From sequence record NC_041878.1: DNA of 64,000 nt. One strand, 5' to 3'. This document shows positions 29,916 through 39,390 of this stretch, piece after piece. The position numbers were made by a program, and so were the translations under genes. How positions within the stretch are numbered: the first letter of the stretch is position 1; each line of letters starts with the position of its first letter. The notes below the pieces were generated by a model that was not told the origin of the DNA, ran no database searches, and saw nothing but the letters and a program-made list of their open reading frames with translations.

Positions 29916-30285
29916 TCATCTTAAAGAATTTCTTGAAAAACATAATACAGTTGCGTATGAATTACAAACTGATGTTAGAAAAAGTATTGAAGATTTAGAG
30001 TTCGTTTATATAAAACTTACGTGTGTATATAATGATTATATGACTCTGCACTATTATACAGATAGTGATAATTTACAAATATGGGATGAGATTGATAAAT
30101 CGGTATACATATATAATGACTTTTCAAAGTTATCTGATGAAGCATACCATTTCCAACAAATGACAGTACTAGACCATATCGGATTTGAACATGATGAAGT
30201 GCAGCCGATGATGGATATTATAAACCGGATTAAAAGAAAACATGAAACCAAATCTACCAAAAGAACCAGATCCAAGACTAATTGA
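29908..30285 (+). CDS. hypothetical protein, EExxFQxxT family
   Basis: DEAYHFQQMTVLD. Confidence 0.65.
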   Translation: MRNHLKEFLEKHNTVAYELQTDVRKSIEDLEFVYIKLTCVYNDYMTLHYYTDSDNLQIWDEIDKSVYIYNDFSKLSDEAYHFQQMTVLDHIGFEHDEVQPMMDIINRIKRKHETKSTKRTRSKTN

Positions 30286-30703
30286 AAGTATGTGTCTACG
30301 TTATGACCATTCTCATGCTATGCGTGTACCACGCTTTAAGAATGGGTCATTTGAAATTGAAACAGAAGAAGAATTTGAACGCCGTAGAGATGCAAATCGT
30401 CGTGTAATGCGTCAATTGTATGAAGAAGTATCCGGTAACGGTTTCTATCAATATCCAAATCCAAAGGACAAAATGAATAAATCTATTTGCTTAACTCTAC
30501 CTGAAGGTGATCAGTCCGACCTTGAAATTGCAGTTTCTCGTTTTATTGAAAGCCTTAATATTGGTTCTGAAGAACCGTGGGGTGAATGCTATGTACTGCA
30601 AGGTAATATCTTACATGGTGTTCAATGGTCATTAACTGAAGATGGTGATTGTGAAATTGGGTGCTCATGGCACGAAAATGATAATTACTCTGGAGAAGCA
30701 TGA
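30242..30703 (+). CDS. hypothetical protein
   Basis: Co-oriented ORF. Confidence 0.7.
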   Translation: MKPNLPKEPDPRLIESMCLRYDHSHAMRVPRFKNGSFEIETEEEFERRRDANRRVMRQLYEEVSGNGFYQYPNPKDKMNKSICLTLPEGDQSDLEIAVSRFIESLNIGSEEPWGECYVLQGNILHGVQWSLTEDGDCEIGCSWHENDNYSGEA

Positions 30704-30972
30704 TGAGTACTAAAGTAACATTTAAAGTCACTGATGAAGATATGGAATATGCACGTTCTATTTGGGATAGTGCTGATTATGTACTTTCTGAAGTGAACCG
30801 TATATTAGCTGAACGTGGTATTGATATTAAATTTGATGTTGATAACTGCCATGATGATGAATATCTTGAAGAGTACTGGAATGAAGAACATCCAGATTAT
30901 AATCGGGGTATTGTCATTGTAGAAACACCTAACGATGATGAATGCGACTTCATGGACAAATTGATTAAATGA
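30700..30972 (+). CDS. hypothetical protein
   Basis: Co-oriented ORF. Confidence 0.7.
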   Translation: MMSTKVTFKVTDEDMEYARSIWDSADYVLSEVNRILAERGIDIKFDVDNCHDDEYLEEYWNEEHPDYNRGIVIVETPNDDECDFMDKLIK

Positions 30973-31484
30973 CAAAAACTGATCCAAATCTAAATGATGA
31001 TTTTATCGATTACTTAGCAGATGTATATCCAGATGCAGCCTGGAGTATTACATACATTCACTGGCATGAAAGTGTTGGTGAATACTGCGTGTATATCGAT
31101 GACAAATGGCGTGATTATGTTCCAGAAGAATATATCTTCAAAGCAGGGTTCGAACATTATACACGGTGGGTGAACTATTGGAACAAATATCGTGAACAAG
31201 AACTTGAAATGTATCTGGTAGGAAAACATGTTAGAACGCTTATCAAATTTTGTACGGAAAAAGGTACTGTATCATCTGATTATTTGGGCTATGTACAGTA
31301 CTTTATTGATACTATACGGAGTCGGGCGATTACTTCAGAAATGCAGGATTTTGCCTTAACACGAGCTAAAGAGTGGTTAGAACAAAATGGATACACGGCT
31401 GGTGCAGGACTTGTGGTTTCGGAAATTGGAAATAAAAGTGAGCAACATTCTAGGATTCAAAGAACTTCTCGACAAGTTCTTTAA
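30969..31484 (+). CDS. hypothetical protein
   Basis: Co-oriented ORF. Confidence 0.7.
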   Translation: MTKTDPNLNDDFIDYLADVYPDAAWSITYIHWHESVGEYCVYIDDKWRDYVPEEYIFKAGFEHYTRWVNYWNKYREQELEMYLVGKHVRTLIKFCTEKGTVSSDYLGYVQYFIDTIRSRAITSEMQDFALTRAKEWLEQNGYTAGAGLVVSEIGNKSEQHSRIQRTSRQVL

Positions 31485-31893
31485 ACATGATGCAGTACTT
31501 CGAAAAACAGTGAATCGTTCAACTGCTTGTTATTTCAAATTCGGAGTACAGGAACATTTGGAAGTAAAAATTACTGAACATGGGCTTGTTGAATTTAAAT
31601 ATAAGCCTAATGTGTATGATCACTATCATCTGAATTATGATATTAAAAATGATTCACTAATTCGATATAAAACATCTGTATCATATGCGGGTCAAAATCA
31701 TAATCGTGCTGCCCCGCAAAATGAGTTAGTACTAAGAAACTTAAAACGTCTTTGTACTGAAGAAGGATTTTTTCAAGAAATGACACGTCAGGACTTGACA
31801 AATCTAGAAGAAGCTGATATTATACGTTTCTTAGATTTGGTAGATAAGATTATAAAAATCAGGAACGAAGCAAATGACAAAGCCAGTACTTGA
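31387..31893 (+). CDS. hypothetical protein, EExxFQxxT family
   Basis: TEEGFFQEMTRQD. Confidence 0.65.
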   Translation: MDTRLVQDLWFRKLEIKVSNILGFKELLDKFFKHDAVLRKTVNRSTACYFKFGVQEHLEVKITEHGLVEFKYKPNVYDHYHLNYDIKNDSLIRYKTSVSYAGQNHNRAAPQNELVLRNLKRLCTEEGFFQEMTRQDLTNLEEADIIRFLDLVDKIIKIRNEANDKAST

Positions 31894-32302
31894 ATATAAG
31901 TGTTATGTACTTCTACGTGAAGACCTTGAGATGCCTATTGGGAAATTCTCTGCACAGGTTGGTCATGGTTTAGACCAAGTTTGGGGTCAGTACAATACGT
32001 ACAAAGAACGTAGCCGTAAAGAAGATAATGAAGACCTAATTATGCCTGTCGCTAACTTTGAAGGTTGGCATAAAGAAGGTCGTCGTAAGATTATTCTTCG
32101 TATCAAAGATGAAGATCAAATGAATAAGGTGAAAGCCAAAATTCAGGAACAGATCGACGGTGAACAGTACCATCCTGGTTATTTTGTTCATGACATTTTT
32201 GATTACGGTTTCAACTTCTTCAACGGTCTAACACAAACTGGTTTGATTATCTATCCGAACAAAGAAGAAATCAAAGCAGTAAAAAGGTTGCGTTGTTGGT
32301 AA
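31874..32302 (+). CDS. peptidyl-tRNA hydrolase, Pth2 type
   Basis: YVLLREDLEMPIGKFSAQVGHG, RKIILR, DYG...T. Confidence 0.8.
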   Translation: MTKPVLEYKCYVLLREDLEMPIGKFSAQVGHGLDQVWGQYNTYKERSRKEDNEDLIMPVANFEGWHKEGRRKIILRIKDEDQMNKVKAKIQEQIDGEQYHPGYFVHDIFDYGFNFFNGLTQTGLIIYPNKEEIKAVKRLRCW

Positions 32303-32308
32303 AATAAA

Positions 32309-32337
32309 TGAAACGGAACTAAAAATTGTGGTATAAT
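32309..32337 (+). promoter_or_regulatory. class-B promoter
   Basis: TGAAAC-17-TATAAT (TGTGG extended -10) before tRNA-Leu. Confidence 0.8.
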
Positions 32338-32356
32338 ATAGATAAATAAGACAAAC

Positions 32357-32442
32357 GGGGATGTGGCGAAATTGGTAGCACGCATGAGTTTTAGGTACTC
32401 ACGCCTTCGGGCGTGTCGGTTCGAGTCCGACCATCCCCACCA
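32357..32442 (+). tRNA. tRNA-Leu(TAG)
   Basis: TGAGT-TTTAGGT-ACTCA, long variable arm, CCA. Confidence 0.95.
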
Positions 32443-32488
32443 ATTAAAGTTTTTATTTTGGAGTCTTATAACACGTCTTAAATCTTTT

Positions 32489-32517
32489 TTGACACTAAAC
32501 GCTATAAATGTTATAGT
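32489..32517 (+). promoter_or_regulatory. sigma70-type promoter
   Basis: TTGACA-17-TATAGT. Confidence 0.75.
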
Positions 32518-32574
32518 ATGAGTGTTAAGCTTTCAAGCTGCTTAATGCAGCTTTTTTTATTTCTGGAGAATAAG

Positions 32575-32934
32575 ATGAATAATACAAACGTTGGTTGGTT
32601 TATCTTCTTTTGGATTGCATTCACTGTTGTTAACATCAAGATTAGTATGTTGGATGTTCGTGAAGAAGTAGTACAGCAATATACTAAGAAAGAAACTGAA
32701 GCCAAACGTCAAGACGAACCGATGTATATTGCAGTACTTAATAAAATCAAAGATGAATCCTGTAAAGGAACAACTGATAAAGAGAACAACACTTTCTATG
32801 TTTGTGCTGATGGTTCCAAAGTTAGCATGATACATTGGACTCGCGGCACTGATCGCAAAGGTGTTGTTACTCGTGAGTATGATCCAAATGGTAAATTAAT
32901 TCTAATCTACGGACACCCTGACGATGTTTACTAA
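32575..32934 (+). CDS. membrane-anchored hypothetical protein
   Basis: SD GGAG; N-terminal TM. Confidence 0.7.
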   Translation: MNNTNVGWFIFFWIAFTVVNIKISMLDVREEVVQQYTKKETEAKRQDEPMYIAVLNKIKDESCKGTTDKENNTFYVCADGSKVSMIHWTRGTDRKGVVTREYDPNGKLILIYGHPDDVY

Positions 32935-33157
32935 AATTGAAAACGCTGAAGTACTAATTAAAACCGCTGGTGGTTATAAAGTACTTCCTGTGTACTTCCG
33001 AAACAGCAATGAATATTTGTATGCAAAAAATGGTCAAATGTTCATCGCCCTCCTTAATAGCTCTGTAACGAGTAATGCAAAAATGACTTGGCAGGAGATT
33101 AATATTCCTGTACAATACGAAAAAGGTAATATGGTGCAATGCAACACTACATCCTAA
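32924..33157 (+). CDS. hypothetical protein
   Basis: Co-oriented ORF. Confidence 0.7.
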   Translation: MFTKIENAEVLIKTAGGYKVLPVYFRNSNEYLYAKNGQMFIALLNSSVTSNAKMTWQEINIPVQYEKGNMVQCNTTS

Positions 33158-33241
33158 CGAGTACACAAGGTAATCGTACTTTTATGATGACAAGTCACGA
33201 TTTGCACTCTTTCATTGTGTTTGACAATCCAAAAAGTGAAG

Positions 33242-33271
33242 TTGACAAACACGGAAACACACTGGTATACT
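33242..33271 (+). promoter_or_regulatory. sigma70-type promoter
   Basis: TTGACA-18-TATACT. Confidence 0.65.
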
Positions 33272-33302
33272 TCAGTACTATTCACATTCGCAGGATATAA
33301 TT

Positions 33303-33557
33303 ATGACTAAGGTAGTTCGTAAACGTCGCGTATTAGATAATGATGAGTTTAAAACTTTAGATATTCATCGCAACTTATGGCGTAGGCTTTGTGCTGGCGA
33401 ACCGCAGTTAGTAGTTACTGAAACTTACGAAGAACCTGAAAAACTGTTTGGACAGTACTTTGCTGTATTCAACCATTTTATGAATAAAGGTCTACTCAGG
33501 GTAATTACCATTGATGAGTTAGATCCATCAGAACACGAATTTACTGTAATTAAATGA
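33303..33557 (+). CDS. hypothetical protein
   Basis: SD AGGA. Confidence 0.75.
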   Translation: MTKVVRKRRVLDNDEFKTLDIHRNLWRRLCAGEPQLVVTETYEEPEKLFGQYFAVFNHFMNKGLLRVITIDELDPSEHEFTVIK

Positions 33558-33563
33558 GGATTT

Positions 33564-33926
33564 ATGTGGAATAACCGAATAATGATCGAATCATATACTT
33601 TTGAAGATGGTGAAGTTGAACTAACTGCAACTGTTCATGAAGTATATTATATGAAAGAAGGTGTTGGATATACTAGTCCTATCTCACCTGCTGGTACTGG
33701 AGAAACTGAACTTGCCGCATTAGAAGAACTGAAGTTAGAACTTCAATTAATGCTTGAGGCAGTTGATTATGCGATACAGAATAAAACTTCTGTTTTCGAT
33801 TATGATAATCCTGAAACTCATAATCCTGGTGCACCTTCTTTAATCATGCGTGAACATAAAGCAAAAAATTCAGTACTGGACAAAGATGATGCCTACATGG
33901 ATGAAAAATATGGCGAAGAAGATTGA
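33564..33926 (+). CDS. hypothetical protein
   Basis: SD GAGG. Confidence 0.75.
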   Translation: MWNNRIMIESYTFEDGEVELTATVHEVYYMKEGVGYTSPISPAGTGETELAALEELKLELQLMLEAVDYAIQNKTSVFDYDNPETHNPGAPSLIMREHKAKNSVLDKDDAYMDEKYGEED

Positions 33927-34374
33927 ACTACTTAGTTTTAGAAATATTATTGATAAAGCAAACGAATTAATTGATTCCAATCCCATTCTTCATCAAGAAA
34001 GAGATGATGAATGTAAAATAACAGTTCCTAATCCAACTAATATTGGATATGATGAATTGTGGGAAATATGGGGATATGAACGATTCGTGAGAATTAAGTT
34101 CAGAGATCCAGACCAATTAATTGAATATCAAATCGATCTTCTTCCCTGGAACATGTCAGTAAATTATAATATCTGGAATGATAATAAGAATTCCCCTTCA
34201 TCGATGGTAAGAAAAATACATATTAAATTTACCGACACAGAAGAAGAATACTTTCAACGAATGACTCAACAGGATAATTCATTCTTCACGATGGAAGAAT
34301 TGCGTGATGCAAAACTTCTAATGAAAAGAGTTTACGAGTACTTCAATATCACTCCAGTACCACAAGAACAATAA
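33910..34374 (+). CDS. hypothetical protein, EExxFQxxT family
   Basis: TEEEYFQRMTQQD; start uncertain. Confidence 0.65.
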   Translation: MAKKIELLSFRNIIDKANELIDSNPILHQERDDECKITVPNPTNIGYDELWEIWGYERFVRIKFRDPDQLIEYQIDLLPWNMSVNYNIWNDNKNSPSSMVRKIHIKFTDTEEEYFQRMTQQDNSFFTMEELRDAKLLMKRVYEYFNITPVPQEQ

Positions 34375-34395
34375 TTAAAATAGAAAAGGATTTCT

Positions 34396-35256
34396 ATGAA
34401 ACCAATAACAGTACTATCGTTATTCAACGGTATGTCCTGCGGGTATATGGCATTACAAAATGCTGGTATTCCTATTGACAAGTACTACTCATCTGAAATC
34501 GACAAGTACGCAATTGCGGAAAGTCAAGAAAACTTTCCTGATATAATCCAACTTGGTGATGTTACTAAGTGGGAAGAATGGGATATAGACTGGAGTAGTA
34601 TTGATCTTCTTATGGGTGGATTCCCATGTCAAGCTTGGTCAGTCGCAGGTAAACAAGGTGGAACTAACGATCCACGTGGTATGTTGTTCCATACAATGAT
34701 TGATATTTTCAATCATATAAAAAGTGTAAATCCAGATGTGAATTATCTTTTCGAAAACGTCAAGATGAAGAAGGATTTTGAAGAGTACTGTTCTGGTATT
34801 ATTGGCAGAACTCCGCACTTAATTAATTCAGAAAACTACACAGCACATTACAGGCAACGTTATTATTGGATTAGTACTGATAACTTTATTATTCCTCCAC
34901 CAAAAAGCATTGCACCTGAACTTTATCAAATACTTGAATCAGGATTTGTTGATAGAACTAAATCTTATTGTTTAGATGCAAATTATTTCAAAGGTGGAGA
35001 TGCTAACCAGTACTTTAATAAATCCAGGCGTCAGCTAGTATTTTTTAATTATCCTATTGACAAGCAGTATCTTGTTGAAAACGGTAAAAATGGGGTTGAC
35101 TATCGTAAGCTAAGTGTGGTAGAATGTTGTCGTCTTCAGGGTGTTCCTGATGATTTTTTTAAAGTTTCTTCAAATACACAAGCGTACAAAATGCTTGGGA
35201 ATGGCTGGACAGTTCCAGTTATTGAACATCTTTTAAGAGAAATATTTAATGGATAA
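34396..35256 (+). CDS. DNA (cytosine-5) methyltransferase
   Basis: LSLFNG motif I, GGFPCQ motif IV, FENV motif VI, RQRYYW motif VIII, KMLGNG motif X. Confidence 0.92.
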   Translation: MKPITVLSLFNGMSCGYMALQNAGIPIDKYYSSEIDKYAIAESQENFPDIIQLGDVTKWEEWDIDWSSIDLLMGGFPCQAWSVAGKQGGTNDPRGMLFHTMIDIFNHIKSVNPDVNYLFENVKMKKDFEEYCSGIIGRTPHLINSENYTAHYRQRYYWISTDNFIIPPPKSIAPELYQILESGFVDRTKSYCLDANYFKGGDANQYFNKSRRQLVFFNYPIDKQYLVENGKNGVDYRKLSVVECCRLQGVPDDFFKVSSNTQAYKMLGNGWTVPVIEHLLREIFNG

Positions 35257-35560
35257 GATCGAATTTTTAAAACAAGCCGAAGCAGACTTATGGGAACAGG
35301 TTCAGAATCTACGCAACCGTAGTAATGAATCACTTGAAAGTGATGCTCAGTACTGTTTTGTTTTGTGCAATGCGAAGATTAACTTTATTAATTCAATTTT
35401 GAACTCAGTTCGCTTCGCAATGTCTGGACATGCACCTGAAGAAGTGGTAGAATCTACCATAGAAGCAGTGAAGCACGTAGAAGAAAACTTTAAAGTATTC
35501 TTGGGTACTCCATGCGAAACTTCAGTTTGTAAACGTACTGAAAATGAACTTGGTATCTAA
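35249..35560 (+). CDS. hypothetical protein
   Basis: Co-oriented ORF. Confidence 0.7.
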   Translation: MDKIEFLKQAEADLWEQVQNLRNRSNESLESDAQYCFVLCNAKINFINSILNSVRFAMSGHAPEEVVESTIEAVKHVEENFKVFLGTPCETSVCKRTENELGI

Positions 35561-35562
35561 CC

Positions 35563-35904
35563 ATGAAAAAAGCCAAAGTGAAATTTCTTATTGATGCATA
35601 TGGTGTTATCGATGGTATTAATGATGGTACTATCTATGCACGAATTTATGATATTAATACCTATGAATATATCGACGATATAACATTAAGTATTGATGAA
35701 TTTTGTACTGAACATCAAGAACTGTTGCATCCAACTGTTATATTCACTTGGCGGTTAGGGTACATTGGTAAGAAGGCATTTTCTAACTTTAGAGTTAAAA
35801 TGCGGGAATATCCACGTTTACCAAAAATGACTTACGAGGAAATATGTGAACTTTCTCGTAGGGTACGAAATAACGATTCAATCGACTTTGGTGAAGCAGA
35901 ATGA
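35563..35904 (+). CDS. hypothetical protein
   Basis: Co-oriented ORF. Confidence 0.7.
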   Translation: MKKAKVKFLIDAYGVIDGINDGTIYARIYDINTYEYIDDITLSIDEFCTEHQELLHPTVIFTWRLGYIGKKAFSNFRVKMREYPRLPKMTYEEICELSRRVRNNDSIDFGEAE

Positions 35905-36605
35905 ATGAAAAACTGAAAAAAGCATTAGAAGCTGCTGCGGAAGATATTCGCAATATGCCACGTGATGAATTCTTTAAATCACTATTTGGGTATACTCCAG
36001 AAGAAGAAAAAGCGTATACTCAAGAACAGTTTCTTGAAGAACTGACTTATCTTCGTACTTTTTTTGTAAACGGGCAGTATTCTTTTGAGCCGAAATATAA
36101 TGGTGAACCAGAAGCAACTGTAAGTAAGTTATTCTGGAATTACATCAATAAAAATGCACGTTCTAACTATCAAGATAGTACTGAAACGTTCCCAACGTAC
36201 TATATCGAATTACCACAATATGGCATTCGTGTAACGCAAATTTACGGCCAGGGTACACTTACCATTGTCGAAGATTTTGATTACAGTGATGTGAAGTACA
36301 TCATTAGTAATGCTACACGTCTGAAGCGTGAAGCAGTTTGGCGTGAACAAGAACGTATCAAAGAAATGCTTCGTGGTAAACCGAACCTTTATGATGAAGT
36401 ACGGTTCAGTACTGAAGTGAATGGTATCGGTATTGTAGACACTGGTGTAATCACTAAGGTTTACACGAAGAAAGGTGTTATTCGTTACATGATCGATTCT
36501 GTACACAACGGAACAGTACTGGTTTATTTTGAACAGGGTGACAAATATCCTATGGACATGGTTGAAGTAACCGTGTATCATCCTGACAACTACGATAATT
36601 ATTAA
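35901..36605 (+). CDS. hypothetical protein
   Basis: Co-oriented ORF. Confidence 0.8.
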   Translation: MNEKLKKALEAAAEDIRNMPRDEFFKSLFGYTPEEEKAYTQEQFLEELTYLRTFFVNGQYSFEPKYNGEPEATVSKLFWNYINKNARSNYQDSTETFPTYYIELPQYGIRVTQIYGQGTLTIVEDFDYSDVKYIISNATRLKREAVWREQERIKEMLRGKPNLYDEVRFSTEVNGIGIVDTGVITKVYTKKGVIRYMIDSVHNGTVLVYFEQGDKYPMDMVEVTVYHPDNYDNY

Positions 36606-36615
36606 GGTACATAAC

Positions 36616-36972
36616 ATGGAAATCGATTTCAAACTGGTACGTGAAATTACCCATGATCTGGAAATGAACGGTCGCCAGTACATTATTCGTTGTCGTAAAA
36701 TTGACGAAATGAAAAATGACGGTACATACGATGTTAAACATGGACAAGATTTACAGTACTTCCATATTGTAAGTTCTATGGGTAATGCAGTACTGGAAAA
36801 GATTTTCATGTACTTTGAACTTCGCCATCTTTCTGACGAGTTAGAAAAAGCATTTCGTGAGAATGTAGAAAAAGCATATGCTGAGTACAAAGAACGTTTG
36901 ACGCACTCAGGCTTTTTAACTGAAATGGATCGTAAGTACTGTTTGAATTTTTATAATAAAACTGCGGAATAA
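36616..36972 (+). CDS. hypothetical protein
   Basis: SD AAGG. Confidence 0.75.
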   Translation: MEIDFKLVREITHDLEMNGRQYIIRCRKIDEMKNDGTYDVKHGQDLQYFHIVSSMGNAVLEKIFMYFELRHLSDELEKAFRENVEKAYAEYKERLTHSGFLTEMDRKYCLNFYNKTAE

Positions 36973-36975
36973 TTT

Positions 36976-37500
36976 ATGGATTTGAAAAAACCAGAAATCA
37001 TTTCACGTTTGAATGCAATGGCTAATAAGTACCAACAAGTAGTAAAAGATTCATTTCGTTTGTTTAATTACGATTTTGAAATCAGTTGGACAGGACATTT
37101 CATTGACCGTTTCATTCAGCGTTACCCGACTTATGAAGTAGCTCAAGGTATTGTTGAACCAATGCTGGATTTGTTCTTTGAAAACAAAAACGAACTGATC
37201 TTTAGTGGTGTTGATGGTTTCAAAGAGTACAAACTTGTAAACATTCGTCATTCGAACTTACAACGTCAAAATGTAATTGTTATGACAGTTGAACGTATCG
37301 ACAATGTTTTTAAAATCACGTTTGTAACGGTGTATCGTAAAACAACATCGTACATTAACAACAATCCAACTGAGTATGTACAGCTTCATAAGAAACCACG
37401 CTTTTTTGTTCCAGGTGTAGTTGGTAAACGTTTAAAGAAGTTTGCTGAAAATAATGAAGTGCCTGAAGAACTGAAATGCATTAGCAAACTTTGGAATTAA
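36976..37500 (+). CDS. hypothetical protein (HFIDRF motif)
   Basis: Co-oriented ORF. Confidence 0.75.
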   Translation: MDLKKPEIISRLNAMANKYQQVVKDSFRLFNYDFEISWTGHFIDRFIQRYPTYEVAQGIVEPMLDLFFENKNELIFSGVDGFKEYKLVNIRHSNLQRQNVIVMTVERIDNVFKITFVTVYRKTTSYINNNPTEYVQLHKKPRFFVPGVVGKRLKKFAENNEVPEELKCISKLWN

Positions 37501-37501
37501 T

Positions 37502-37699
37502 ATGCAAAAAGAACCACGTTTGACGCCTAAATATTGGGCTGCACATGATTCACGTACTGATGATCTACTAATCAGTACTATGTTTAAACACCGTCAAGAT
37601 ACCTATGATCAACTGGTATCAATGTTCGGGGAAAATTGGGAAGAAACACATCCTCATTTTCAAATAGATTTGGTTGAACTCAAACTAGTTCAGCAATAA
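37502..37699 (+). CDS. hypothetical protein
   Basis: Co-oriented ORF. Confidence 0.7.
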   Translation: MQKEPRLTPKYWAAHDSRTDDLLISTMFKHRQDTYDQLVSMFGENWEETHPHFQIDLVELKLVQQ

Positions 37700-37708
37700 T
37701 GATCACTG

Positions 37709-37958
37709 ACCGTTGTTAGGATGTAGGCTTAGAAGCAGCCACATTTAAAGAGTGTCGAGGACGATCCGTAATTGGGAAACATATCACAAGTACCAAACGT
37801 ATAAGTTCAGGGGAAGAAAAGACCGGATACAGTTGTATTAATATGGTATACACGGGCGGCGTATACTTAATGACATGAATCGTAGGTGATATTACGTGAA
37901 GCGTTAGATGTTAATACAGACCCTTAGAGACTTTGGCGTAACAGCACACTATCAACGG
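37709..37958 (+). ncRNA. 23S rRNA GTPase-associated-centre (uL11-binding, H42-H44) mimic with ~181-nt insert
   Basis: AGGATGTAGGCTTAGAAGCAGCCACATTTAAAGAGTG...GCGTAACAGCACACT matches 23S nt ~1054-1105; closed by CCGTTG/CAACGG. Confidence 0.8.
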
Positions 37959-38002
37959 CTTTTTAATTGAGATTTTATTAACCATAGAAAGAGGAAATAA
38001 AA

Positions 38003-38341
38003 ATGGCACAATAGAATGAAAAAACTTGGATTTACGTATTTGTTCGCACGGATCTTCCGATTGAACAAATAGTAGTACAATCAAACCACGCAGCTTATGA
38101 AAGCGGCTTGGCCTTCGAAAATAACAGTACTGAGACTAGTTCTTTAATTGTTATTTCGTGTAAGAATAAACATAAGTTACAAAAAGCATATGATGAACTC
38201 AAAGATTCTGGTATTGACTTTGTTCAGTTCCATGAACCTGATTGGGATTATGGCTTCACCGCCTTTGCTAGTGCTCCTGTAACTGCTGAACAGCGTAGTA
38301 TCTTCCGTAAGTATCAATTATTCAAGGGAGGTGCTAAATGA
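38003..38341 (+). CDS. Pth2-like protein with in-frame TAG at codon 4
   Basis: SD GAGG, ATG GCA CAA TAG AAT...; IYVFVRTDLP..QIVVQSNHAA, FHEPD..YGFTA. Confidence 0.65.
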
Positions 38342-38904
38342 TTTATCCTAACACTTTCGAAGAATTACTACACGTAATGCAGAATACAGAACAAATGAAA
38401 GATCTTAGTGTACATGCACATGGTCTGATGGTTGTTGAGCAATATAAAGTACTAATTTCTGAATTAGACACTGGATAGGGCGATTCTGTACTACTTGAAG
38501 TATATGGTAAAATCAAAGATAAGATTCTACCAGATGAAATAGTACTACGATACCAGGAATATCATGATTGTGGTAAACCATTGTGTCGTGTAGTTGATGA
38601 AGATGGAAAAGTACATTTCCCTGATCACGCTAATATTAGTGCTGATACTTGGAAGCACTTATTCCCTGAAGAAACTGTCATTCAAGAGTTAATGCGAAAG
38701 GATATGACTTTTCACATGGCAAAATCGGAAGATTTTGAATCCATCTGGAATGATCCGTTAGCACCAACTTTATATTTGACAGCGTGGGCTGAAATACTCG
38801 CGAACTGCACAATGTTTGGTGGACAGGATAGTACATCTTTTAAAATCAAAAAGAAAAAACTAATCCAAGCGGGTAAAAAGTACTTAAACTCTTTGCCTAA
38901 ATAA
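38338..38904 (+). CDS. HD-domain protein with in-frame TAG (38476-38478)
   Basis: SD GGAGG, ATGA overlap; SVHAHG...TG*GD...YHDCGKP...HFPDHA. Confidence 0.7.
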
Positions 38905-38949
38905 AAATGTATTGGCACTCATCTGAGTGCCACTATTAAGGAAACTGTA

Positions 38950-39381
38950 ATGCAAGATCCTATTTTGAAGTTTCAGAAATATTGTTCACAAACTGATAAA
39001 CTTATTGATGTGTGTCAGATTCGTTTGCAGTACTTTACACCAGAAGCAATCACTGAACTATGGGATTATGAAGTAGACCATAAAGGTGATTGGAAACGTG
39101 CATTCAAATGTGGTGAAATAAATTCACGTGAACATACTACCAAAATATTGTTCGGTGTTAATGGATATGTTTACTCTTTTGCTAAGGTATTTGCTAAAAG
39201 TGGAAAACATCATCCACATGATCATTTGGTTGCATCATTTAGTGGATATGGTGATTGTACTGGCTCTACTATTATTATGGATCTTGCACAGTACTCTAAT
39301 GCAGCTTCCTCCGCATTGAAACCGATCATTGATGATTATGATCTGCTGATGCAAAAATATAATGAAATTAATGTAACATAA
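38950..39381 (+). CDS. hypothetical protein
   Basis: SD AAGGA. Confidence 0.75.
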   Translation: MQDPILKFQKYCSQTDKLIDVCQIRLQYFTPEAITELWDYEVDHKGDWKRAFKCGEINSREHTTKILFGVNGYVYSFAKVFAKSGKHHPHDHLVASFSGYGDCTGSTIIMDLAQYSNAASSALKPIIDDYDLLMQKYNEINVT

Positions 39382-39390
39382 GGAAATGTC

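Noticed and set aside
37709-37958. rRNA operon fragment or host contamination
   Set aside because: Only the ~52-nt GAC core matches; it is split by an insert, closed by non-rRNA helices and embedded in continuous phage genes
38016-38072. Alternative 18-aa ORF (MKKLGFTYLFARIFRLNK) overlapping the Pth2-like start
   Set aside because: Poorly spaced from the SD and has no motif, whereas the TAG-containing frame gives a Pth2-like motif; not fully excluded as a regulatory uORF
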